From Candidatus Nanopelagicales bacterium (GTDB lineage: Bacteria > Actinomycetota > Actinomycetes > S36-B12 > GCA-2699445), in NCBI GenBank assembly GCA_030700225.1, contig JAUYJT010000056.1, forward strand, positions 663 to 64,662: a stretch of 64,000 bases of DNA, written 5' to 3'. Below the pieces are notes generated by a model. The model worked only from the letters and a program-made list of their open reading frames with translations, was not told the origin of the DNA and made no database searches. Below, piece after piece: positions 26,899-34,329 of the stretch. Position numbers and translations under genes: made by a program. Position 1 is the stretch's first letter. Each line of letters begins with the position of its first letter.

Positions 26899-28391
26899 GC
26901 CGTGCCGCCAAGAGCGTTGCCCAGACCCCGCAGGCGCGTCTCGCGTCGGTCATCAAGACCAGTCGGGACATCATGCGCAAGGACGCCGGCCTCAACGGCG
27001 ACCTGGACCGGCTTCCTCAACTGTCCTGGCTCCTCTTCCTCAAGGCCTTCGACGACCTCGAGCGGAACAGGATGATCGTCGACCCCAGCTACCGGCCAGC
27101 ACTGCCGGAGGAGCTCCGATGGAGCGTGTGGGCGGCAGATCCGACCAAGCGCAAGCAGGGTGACGCCCTCATCAACTGGGTCAACGGAACCCTGCTCCCG
27201 GGGCTTGGCCGACTGAAGGGATCCGGCCGGGCGGGCGACCCTCGCACCACGCTCGCCACGGTCTTCAAAGAGACCAACAACCGAATGCTGTCCGGCTACC
27301 TGCTCGGTGACCTGATCGACCAGATCGACAAGGTGCACTTCACGTCGGCCGACGACATCCACACCATGGCCCATCTGTACGAGTCGATGCTGCGCGAAAT
27401 GCGGGACGCAGCCGGAGACTCGGGCGAGTTCTACACACCCCGGCCGGTGATCCGGCTCATGGTCGAGCAGGTCAATCCGCGCTTGGGCGAGACGGTGCTG
27501 GACCCGGCTGTCGGCACAGGCGGATTCCTGGTCGAGGCATACGAGCACCTCCGCGCCCAGGCGCGGTCCGCGACCGAGATCGCGACGGCGAAACGCTCGA
27601 TCAGCGGCTTCGAGAAGAAGCCACTCCCCTACCTGCTCTGCCAGATGAACCTGCTCCTGCACGAAGTGGAACAGCCCAACGTCACCCGCATGAACTCGCT
27701 GACCTTCTCGTTGGCTGACCAGCGCAAGGCCGGCGTCGACGTCGTTCTGACCAACCCGCCGTTCGGGGGTGAGGAGGAGAGCAGCAGCCTGGGGAACTTC
27801 CCTGCCGACTCGCGGACGGCAGAGACCGCCTGGCTGTTTCTCCAGGTGGTGATGGCGCGCCTGGAGAAGAGGAAGGGCCGCTGCGGGATCGTCGTCCCCA
27901 ACGGGGTCCTCTTCGCCAACGAGGGCGCGCCGGCACGGATCAAGAAGAAGCTGCTCACCGACTTCAACCTGCACTCTGTGGTGCGGCTGCCCAACGGCGT
28001 CTTCGCTCCGTACACCCTCATCCCCTCCAACCTGCTCTTCTTCGAATACGGCGGGCCAACGAAGGACATCTGGTTCTACGAGCAGCCCCTGCCGGAGGGG
28101 CGGAAGAACTACACGAAGACAAGACCGCTGCGTTTCGAGGAATTCGCCGATGTCCAGGCATGGTGGGGTGGCACGGATCGAGTCGGCCGAGTCGAGAACG
28201 AGCACGCGTGGAAGGTCGACGCCGCCACACTCGCGGAGGACGGCTACAACCTGGATCTCCGCAACCCGCATCGTGCCGACGATCTGACGCATCGCTCGCC
28301 CGAGGAACTCGTCAAGGAACTGATTGCCGTGGAGGAGCAGATCCTCGCAGCCCTTCAGGACCTCCAGTCCAACCTCGGGAACGACGCCTGA
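26895..28391 (+). CDS. hsdM: Type I restriction-modification system methyltransferase subunit
   Basis: N6-adenine MTase motif IV NPPFGG, SAM motif VLDPAVGTGGFL, and an HsdM N-terminal domain. Confidence 0.9.
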   Translation: MSRAAKSVAQTPQARLASVIKTSRDIMRKDAGLNGDLDRLPQLSWLLFLKAFDDLERNRMIVDPSYRPALPEELRWSVWAADPTKRKQGDALINWVNGTLLPGLGRLKGSGRAGDPRTTLATVFKETNNRMLSGYLLGDLIDQIDKVHFTSADDIHTMAHLYESMLREMRDAAGDSGEFYTPRPVIRLMVEQVNPRLGETVLDPAVGTGGFLVEAYEHLRAQARSATEIATAKRSISGFEKKPLPYLLCQMNLLLHEVEQPNVTRMNSLTFSLADQRKAGVDVVLTNPPFGGEEESSSLGNFPADSRTAETAWLFLQVVMARLEKRKGRCGIVVPNGVLFANEGAPARIKKKLLTDFNLHSVVRLPNGVFAPYTLIPSNLLFFEYGGPTKDIWFYEQPLPEGRKNYTKTRPLRFEEFADVQAWWGGTDRVGRVENEHAWKVDAATLAEDGYNLDLRNPHRADDLTHRSPEELVKELIAVEEQILAALQDLQSNLGNDA

Positions 28392-29512
28392 TGGCGGTGC
28401 GGCAGGTGCGAGTAGGGGACATCCTCTCGCTTCACCGCGTTCCCGTTCAGATTGACGAGGCAGATAGCTACAGGCAAATCGGCCTCTACTCCTGGGGCAA
28501 AGGGTTCATCCATCGACCTTCGTGTCTCGGCTTCGAACTCAGCAAGCTTCGTTACTTTCAGATCCCAGCCGGCGCTCTCGTTCTCAGCAGCATCCAGGCA
28601 TGGGAGGCGGCCATCGCCGTATCGACCAACGCTGAAGCTGAATTCATCGGGTCGAACCGGTTCCTTAGCTATGTACCGCGCACCGACGACGTGGACGTGC
28701 GCTACTTACTGCACTACTTCCTCTCCGAACCTGGTCTCCACCAGATCAAGCAGGCTTCGCCGGGAACGCAGGTACGAAACCGAACGCTGGGGCAGCAACT
28801 CTTCGAGCGCCTAGCAATTCCCCTGCCCGACGTCACCGAGCAGCAGTGCATTGCCGCACGCCTCGACCGAATCGTGGCAATCTCGACGTCGTTCGGCGAA
28901 CCTCCGACCGCGGCCCTTCGAGACAACTTCCTCGATAGGGTCTCGCAGAGATCACGGATCGGGCACATCATCACGCTTGCTCGACACCCTGTGAGCGTCA
29001 AAGCGAGCGAGGCCTACCCGAACCTCGGCATCCTCAACCGGGCCCGTGGTGTGTTCGCCAAGCCGCCGATGCTGGGTTTAGGGACGAAGTACTCGACCTT
29101 GTATCGGGTGCGCGCCGGACAGTTGATCTATTCGAAACTGTTCGGCCGGGAGGGATCGCTCGCCATCGTGCCCGAGTGGGCGGACGGGTGGTTCGTCTCC
29201 AGCGAGTTCCCCACGTTCGACGTGAACACCGACGCAGTAGATCTCGACTACTTCGGCCAGGTGTTGCGCTGGCGCGGTCTCGCGGAACAGCTGGCCGCCG
29301 CGACGTCAGGGATGGGTCAGCGGCGACAGCGCGTGCAGATCGACCAGTTCGAGGCGCTCGAGGTCCCGTTGCCAGACCTCCCGACCCAACGCCACATCGG
29401 CGCCGATCTCCTCCGACTCGCCGCAGTCGAGGGCCTGGTGGCCCACAGGGCAACGCTGTCGGCCGGCCTACTTCCTGCCGCTCGGAATCAAGCGTTCGCC
29501 AGCCTCACCTGA
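28391..29512 (+). CDS. hsdS: Type I restriction-modification system specificity subunit
   Basis: ATG overlaps the hsdM TGA (TGATG). 373 aa with two target-recognition-like halves separated by a helical spacer (LPLPDVTEQQCIAARLDRI and LPLPDLPTQRHIGADLLRL). Confidence 0.8.
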   Translation: MAVRQVRVGDILSLHRVPVQIDEADSYRQIGLYSWGKGFIHRPSCLGFELSKLRYFQIPAGALVLSSIQAWEAAIAVSTNAEAEFIGSNRFLSYVPRTDDVDVRYLLHYFLSEPGLHQIKQASPGTQVRNRTLGQQLFERLAIPLPDVTEQQCIAARLDRIVAISTSFGEPPTAALRDNFLDRVSQRSRIGHIITLARHPVSVKASEAYPNLGILNRARGVFAKPPMLGLGTKYSTLYRVRAGQLIYSKLFGREGSLAIVPEWADGWFVSSEFPTFDVNTDAVDLDYFGQVLRWRGLAEQLAAATSGMGQRRQRVQIDQFEALEVPLPDLPTQRHIGADLLRLAAVEGLVAHRATLSAGLLPAARNQAFASLT

Positions 29513-30161
29513 CGCTGCGCCATGAACTTCCCGCGATTACTACGTGGTCAAGGAACCGGAGTCCGGCCGCATCGGCGGCCCGGCCTACGGCGCCAGTGGC
29601 CTCACGGTCGTAGATGCTTGGGGTCGGATCTCCAGAAGGATGATTGTGCGCGAGGGCGAACGCTCGACCGTCGTACCGCAGCACGGCGTGCAGCACCTCT
29701 CGGACAGGCAACGGACTCGAGTCCAGGCCTCCAGTTGCAACGGGTACAAGGCGAAGCACGCGGTTGGCGGCGTCGGCCACCAGGACCACGACCTTCTCCC
29801 GCCGTTCGCGGGCGAGCACCGGGGCGACCAGCTCAGCGATCGCGGCTGCGGAGTCCACGACACGGTTGGCCGGTGAAGCTGTAGCCCGAGCCGCTAGTTC
29901 GAATGCGGCTGTTAGGCGCACTGCCTCTGCGGGGCCGATGCTTGATGACCGCATCAGCTCCTCAGGAAACGCGGCTGCCAGGCCACTCAGTCCTCCGCAC
30001 TCGTCGATCAGTTTCCGACCCACCGCAACCTCGTCGCATCCCTGTGGTGCTACGGCGGCTACCAGGGCAACAAGCTCGGCGTCGCTGAGCGCGCCAGGTC
30101 CCAGACTCAGGAGACGCTCGCGGGGCTGGTCGCCGGCGAACAGCCGCGACGTGATCGACAT
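29505..30161 (-). CDS. radC: RadC-like JAB/MPN domain protein
   Basis: JAMM motif LAHNHPSGDPTPS and an N-terminal HhH-like region. Converges on hsdS with an 8-nt overlap. Confidence 0.8.
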   Translation of the reverse strand: MSITSRLFAGDQPRERLLSLGPGALSDAELVALVAAVAPQGCDEVAVGRKLIDECGGLSGLAAAFPEELMRSSSIGPAEAVRLTAAFELAARATASPANRVVDSAAAIAELVAPVLARERREKVVVLVADAANRVLRLVPVATGGLDSSPLPVREVLHAVLRYDGRAFALAHNHPSGDPTPSIYDREATGAVGRAADAAGLRFLDHVVIAGSSWRSVR

Positions 30162-30231
30162 CCCGCAACGCTAGGTCGCAGAGCCGACGAGCACTATCGC
30201 GCCCGAGACACCTGTGGAAAGGCTAGCTTCG

Positions 30232-30570
30232 TCAGCCCTTGAAGATGCAGGTCGGATCGTTGTCGTACTCGGCCAGCAGCCGCTCGATCGGCTGATCCGG
30301 CTCGAGAAGGTCGTAGGCATGGGCTCGGGAGTTCCGATCGAACCAGTACAGGGTCCAGCCCTTCGTTTGCTCGTCGTACTTCATCCGAGCCTGCGGAGTG
30401 TCGGTCCACTCCGGGCCTAGCGCCGGATTCCACGGCGGCCGATGCTCGACGATCGTCACGGTGCGACCGCGCACGCGGTGCTCCACACGCACCTGTTCCC
30501 GCATCTCGGGCGGGACCTGCGTCTCGCAGAACCGCCGGATCCGCGCGAGATCGGTCTCTGGGACGGCCAT
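30232..30570 (-). CDS. DUF3024-like protein
   Basis: 112 aa from the internal ATG (MAVPETDLARIRRFCE...VTIVEHRPPW...GWTLYWFDRNSRAH), a pattern I associate with DUF3024. Confidence 0.6.
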   Translation of the reverse strand: MAVPETDLARIRRFCETQVPPEMREQVRVEHRVRGRTVTIVEHRPPWNPALGPEWTDTPQARMKYDEQTKGWTLYWFDRNSRAHAYDLLEPDQPIERLLAEYDNDPTCIFKG

Positions 30571-30784
30571 GGGCTCAGTATCTGATGAGTATCGCCGGGG
30601 CCGCCATCCGCGTCCCACCCTTCCCGCTCTCGTGCCCCTCACTGACTACCGCCGACTCCTCACCGTCGCGAGAATCTCTCCCACGTCGCACCCGCCTTCG
30701 CCCTCAACCCCTTTGAGTGGCACCCATCAGACAGAACCCGCGAACCTTGCCGATTGGTCGGCCCTGGCTGCAAAGATCGATGTC

Positions 30785-31696
30785 ATGAGCGGCAAGCACA
30801 TCGAGCTCTTCCTCGTCGACGGCACCCCCGGCGGCCTGACGACTGCGGAGATCCTGAACTGGACGGGGCAGGTCTTCAGTGCTCCGCGATCGGAGATGAG
30901 CGCCCTCGTCCGCCGCGCCGAGCTCGCGGGCACGTGCGTGTACCTACTGCTCGGTCCCGACGAGCAAGGCGGCAGCCGTTGCTACATCGGCGAGACCGAC
31001 GACTTCAAGGCACGCCTTCGATACCACGATGCGAACAAGGAGTTCTGGCGCAAGGCCGTGGTGATCACCTCGAAGGACGCGAACCTGACGAAGGCACACG
31101 GCCGCTATCTGGAGTCCCGCCTGATCGCACTCGCTCTCCAGGTCGGCCGCGTCGTCCTCGACAATGGGACGACTCCTCCGCCACAGGCACTGCCCGAGGC
31201 GCACGCCTCCGACATGGACTACTTCATCGACCAGCTGCAGATTGTCCTGCCGGCCCTCGGAGTCGATGCCATCCGCGGTCGGGAGACCGTCGCAGTGACG
31301 GCAGCGCGGCAGGAACAGCTGGTGTCGCCGGTCTTTCGTCTCGTGAACATGAAGCTCGGCGTCGCTGCAACGGCTCAGCAGATCGACGGGGAGTTCACGA
31401 TGCTGGCCGGTTCTACCGTCGTGGGTGACTGGCAGGGCGTGGGGAAGGCCGACAGCACGATCAAGGCGTACGACTCGTACCGAACCCAACACCTCAAGCT
31501 CATCGCCGACGGCTCGATCATCGTCGAGAACGGTGTCGGTCGGGTCGCGAAGGACATCGTCTTCGGCTCCCCATCGACCGCTGGCGCGATCGCTCAGGGG
31601 CGCTCCTGCAACGGCCGGACCTCCTGGGCGGCGGAGGACGGCAGCACCTTCGGCTCCTGGGAGAGCCGCGGTGTCGGGACAACGGAGGTCTCCTGA
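30785..31696 (+). CDS. GIY-YIG nuclease domain protein with a DUF4357-like C-terminus
   Basis: GIY-YIG elements CVYLLLG, CYIGETDDFKARLRYH and ESRLI. The C-terminus FGSPSTAGAIAQGRSCNGRTSW is typical of DUF4357. Start ATG 30785; the upstream ORF extension is antisense to DUF3024. Confidence 0.75.
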   Translation: MSGKHIELFLVDGTPGGLTTAEILNWTGQVFSAPRSEMSALVRRAELAGTCVYLLLGPDEQGGSRCYIGETDDFKARLRYHDANKEFWRKAVVITSKDANLTKAHGRYLESRLIALALQVGRVVLDNGTTPPPQALPEAHASDMDYFIDQLQIVLPALGVDAIRGRETVAVTAARQEQLVSPVFRLVNMKLGVAATAQQIDGEFTMLAGSTVVGDWQGVGKADSTIKAYDSYRTQHLKLIADGSIIVENGVGRVAKDIVFGSPSTAGAIAQGRSCNGRTSWAAEDGSTFGSWESRGVGTTEVS

Positions 31697-31698
31697 CC

Positions 31699-31842
31699 AT
31701 GGCTGGCATCCAGCACCTGTCCATGCGCGCGCCATGGCGCGACCGACCGTGGGACCAGTTCCTCTGCGACGACCCGCTCGGCAACTCCTCATGCACTCTC
31801 CTCGCGGCGATCGGCAAACGTCGTGACGACGACACTGGTGAG
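31699..31842 (+). pseudogene. N-terminal stub (~48 codons) of a larger gene coupled to the GIY-YIG gene
   Basis: ATG lies 2 nt after the GIY-YIG stop. MAGIQHLSMRAPWRDRPWDQFLCDDPLGNSSCTLLAAIGKRRDDD looks like a genuine conserved N-terminus, but after ~31842 the frame runs antisense through another gene. Confidence 0.45.
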
Positions 31843-31989
31843 GAGCGGCAATTGATTCAGGCGCTCCTCGGCCTGCCGGAGGAACGACGCCGCACGCGCG
31901 ACGTCTGCGGGCACGACATCGAGACGTCCCGCCTCGACCAGCGCGAGCACGGTCGCCTGCTGGACGCGGGTGAGCGGGGTCAGCGCCAC
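31789..31989 (-). pseudogene. Truncated partner gene of the wHTH-nucleotidyltransferase (possible HEPN-type toxin remnant)
   Basis: GTG 31989 overlaps the upstream stop by 10 nt. About 49 plausible codons (VALTPLTRVQQATVLALVEAGRLDV...RLNQLPLLTS) are followed by junk read-through to the stop at 31789. Confidence 0.4.
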
Positions 31990-32564
31990 GGCAGCTCCCC
32001 GATCACGGCGACCGCCGGGCCGCTGCGCACGTTGTCCAGGAAGCCGGAGGGAGCGGCGAACTCCGCATCTGTGAGGATCGTCGGGTTCACGGGCCGGTGC
32101 ACCGCAGCCTCGATCCGGGCGCACGCCTCGTAGACCGCGTCCACGTCGGGCTCACCGAGCACCATGACGTCGATGTCGTGCGGTGCCGGACCGGCATCCC
32201 CGAGCATCCGCGCGGCGAAGGAACCGTAGAGGAACGCCGACTCGATCCCGTCGATGCGAGCAAGCTCCTCGGCCAGGATCACCACCGGACCAGTAGCGAC
32301 CGTGAGGATCTCGCGCAACGGCTCCACCAGCGGGCTCTCGCCGTTGGCGCGGATCAGCCTCGTGCGGCCCACCTGCCGCTCGCTCAGGATGCCAGCGTCC
32401 ACCAGGCGCGCGACCTCGCGGTGCGCGGTCGGGTATGCCAGGCCCGCCCGTTTGGCCAGATCGGTGACGCTGAGCTCCTCGCCGGTCAGCAACAAGGTGG
32501 AGAGCAGGCGCGCTTGGCCGTCCGACCGGAAGATCGGAGCGAGGAGCGGTGCCTCAGTTCTCAT
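31980..32564 (-). CDS. Winged-helix (ArsR/MarR-like) plus nucleotidyltransferase-domain protein (MNT-type antitoxin-like)
   Basis: HTH region LSVTDLAKRAGLAYPTAHREVARLVDAGIL and NTase motif LYGSFAARMLGDAGPAPHDIDVMVL. ATG 32564 chosen. Confidence 0.7.
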   Translation of the reverse strand: MRTEAPLLAPIFRSDGQARLLSTLLLTGEELSVTDLAKRAGLAYPTAHREVARLVDAGILSERQVGRTRLIRANGESPLVEPLREILTVATGPVVILAEELARIDGIESAFLYGSFAARMLGDAGPAPHDIDVMVLGEPDVDAVYEACARIEAAVHRPVNPTILTDAEFAAPSGFLDNVRSGPAVAVIGELPWR

Positions 32565-32573
32565 ATAACTGAG
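32553..32573. promoter_or_regulatory. 7-bp inverted repeat CTCAGTT-N7-AACTGAG spanning the start codon of the wHTH-NTase gene
   Basis: Perfect inverted repeat in a low-GC patch. Candidate autoregulatory operator or 5-prime hairpin. Confidence 0.35.
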
Positions 32574-32975
32574 ATTATCCTCCACTATATCGATAGTCAA
32601 CGCCGGGGAATAGTCAAGACCTGTGGATTGGCGTGTCTCATGCTGCGGTGATCCCGTCGGGGCGCTCGATGAGTTTGAACGCCATCGCCACGCCATCTGC
32701 CCTCGAGCCTGGACCTTTGGTGACTTTGGTCCGCAGCCGGACGGTCGCGAACACGGACTCCATCGTTCATCGTTATCTGGAGGCGTCCAGCAGGGGGGTC
32801 CTTGGAGGTCTGATGCTCGTTCAGCGGGTGGCGGCACTACGAGCCGTGCTTGAAGCCGAAATCGCGCAGAATGTCGGACCCGTAGTACACAATGAGGAGG
32901 TCAACGCAGCCTAAGCGATCAACGGGCCGCTACCGAAGTTCCACGGAACTCGGGACATCCTCGAAACGCGCCGAT

Positions 32976-34055
32976 TCACACGTTGAAGCGGAACTCCACG
33001 ACGTCCCCTTCGGCCATGACGTAGTCCTTGCCCTCGATATGCAACTGGCCGCGCGCCCTGGCCTCGGCCAGGGACCCGGCCGCGACCAACTCATCGAAGG
33101 ACACGACCTCGGCCTTGATGAACCCGCGCTGGAAATCAGTGTGAATGACGCCGGCGGCCTCCGGTGCCGTGGCGCCCCTGCGAATCGTCCAAGCGCGCGA
33201 TTCCTTCGGGCCAGCTGTCAGGAAAGTCTGCAATCCGAGCGCGTCGAAAGCGACACGCGCCAAAGCCGCGATGCCTGACTCCTCCTGCCCGACCGACCGC
33301 AGAAGCTCAAGGGCTTCCTCTTCGGGCAGCTCGGCCAGCTCCGACTCGACCTTCGCGTCCAGAATCACGGCCTCCGCCGGGGCCACCAACGCACGTGCCT
33401 GGGCCGCGAAGTTCGGGTCCGCCAGCTCCTGCTCATCCGCGTTGATCACGTAGAGGAAGGGCTTGGCCGTCAACAAGAACAGCTCCCGGATCGCGGCGGC
33501 GTCGACGCCGGATCCGAACAGGGTCCGCCCAGAGTCCAGGATCTCCTGCGCCCGCAGGGCTGCGGATAGGGCCGCACCGCGCGACTTGTCGTTTCGAGCC
33601 TCCTTCTCCAACCTGGGGATCGCCTTCTCGAGGGTCTGCAGGTCCGCCAGGATCAGCTCAGTGTTGATCGTGTCCATGTCATCGGCGGGCGATATCCGAC
33701 CCTCCAGATGGATCACATCTGGGTCCTCGAACGCTCGCAGTACCTGGCAGATCGCGTCGGACTCGCGGATGTGAGCCAGGAACCTATTCCCCAACCCCTT
33801 GCCCTCGCTGGCACCGCGCACGATCCCCGCGATGTCGACGAAGGTGACCGCCGCCGGTACGACCCTCCGCGAGGCGAAAACCTCCGCCAGAACGTCCAGC
33901 CTGGGATCCGGCACCCCAACGACGCCAGTGTTCGGCTCGATCGTCGCGAAGGGGTAGTTGGCGGACATGGCGGCCGCTGAGTTGCGAGTCAGGGCGTTCA
34001 GCAGCGTCGACTTTCCAACGTTAGGCAAGCCGACGATTCCGACAGTGAGTCCCAC
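32976..34055 (-). CDS. ychF: Redox-regulated ATPase YchF
   Basis: P-loop GIVGLPNVGKST, and a C-terminal IHTDFQRGFIKAEV TGS-type domain. Ends in EFRFNV-stop. Confidence 0.9.
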   Translation of the reverse strand: MGLTVGIVGLPNVGKSTLLNALTRNSAAAMSANYPFATIEPNTGVVGVPDPRLDVLAEVFASRRVVPAAVTFVDIAGIVRGASEGKGLGNRFLAHIRESDAICQVLRAFEDPDVIHLEGRISPADDMDTINTELILADLQTLEKAIPRLEKEARNDKSRGAALSAALRAQEILDSGRTLFGSGVDAAAIRELFLLTAKPFLYVINADEQELADPNFAAQARALVAPAEAVILDAKVESELAELPEEEALELLRSVGQEESGIAALARVAFDALGLQTFLTAGPKESRAWTIRRGATAPEAAGVIHTDFQRGFIKAEVVSFDELVAAGSLAEARARGQLHIEGKDYVMAEGDVVEFRFNV

Positions 34056-34160
34056 TAGGGCAGTCTAGGTGGGCGAAGCGGTGCGGGATTCGCGCCAGCA
34101 TCGCCCAGACCCCCGCAGCCCGCGTCGGCCGACGGGGTTAGCTATCCGGACGACGGGGTT

Positions 34161-34264
34161 GGCGGCCGTTCCTGACAAACGCGACCGTTAGGGTACAGAC
34201 GCGACCGTTGCAACGGGAGTTTCTTTGCGTAACGGTCGCGTTTGGCGGGAACGGTCGCTTCTTC
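34161..34264 (-). repeat. Structured dispersed intergenic repeat, copy B (inverted)
   Basis: Perfect 15-bp inverted repeat CAAACGCGACCGTTA (34176-34190) / TAACGGTCGCGTTTG (34230-34244) enclosing the 12-bp palindrome CCGTTGCAACGG (34205-34216). The reverse complement aligns with copies A and C. Confidence 0.85.
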
Positions 34265-34329
34265 ACCCCAAATCCGCTTGAAGCGTGTCCCGGTCCACGT
34301 CTGTCGGACCCCTGAGGCATGGTTGCCCC

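Larger units (their letters stand above)
21149..32995. mobile_element. Integrase-less genomic (defence) island abutting the ychF 3-prime end, probably two tandem elements
   Basis: Bounded by copies of the ychF tail core CGTTGAAGCGGAAC (21151-21164 and 32981-32994), with a degenerate third copy at 22995-23008. Cargo is R-M, Abi, TA-like and nuclease genes plus several truncated genes. Confidence 0.6.

Noticed and set aside
26826-28292. 488-aa ORF on the minus strand
   Set aside because: It is antisense to hsdM, whose + strand product carries clear NPPFGG and SAM-binding motifs. The minus-strand product is Arg/Gly/Val-rich with no motifs, which is the typical shadow ORF of GC-rich DNA.
30398-30784. 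Upstream extension of the GIY-YIG ORF (432-aa version)
   Set aside because: The extension is antisense to the DUF3024-like gene and is Arg/Ser/Thr-rich. The conserved GIY-YIG N-terminus begins at the ATG at 30785.
32633-32914. 93-aa + strand ORF in the gap between the wHTH-NTase gene and ychF
   Set aside because: It has no RBS, weak codon bias and no recognisable motif. The region is treated as eroded DNA (see the finding for 32574-32975).
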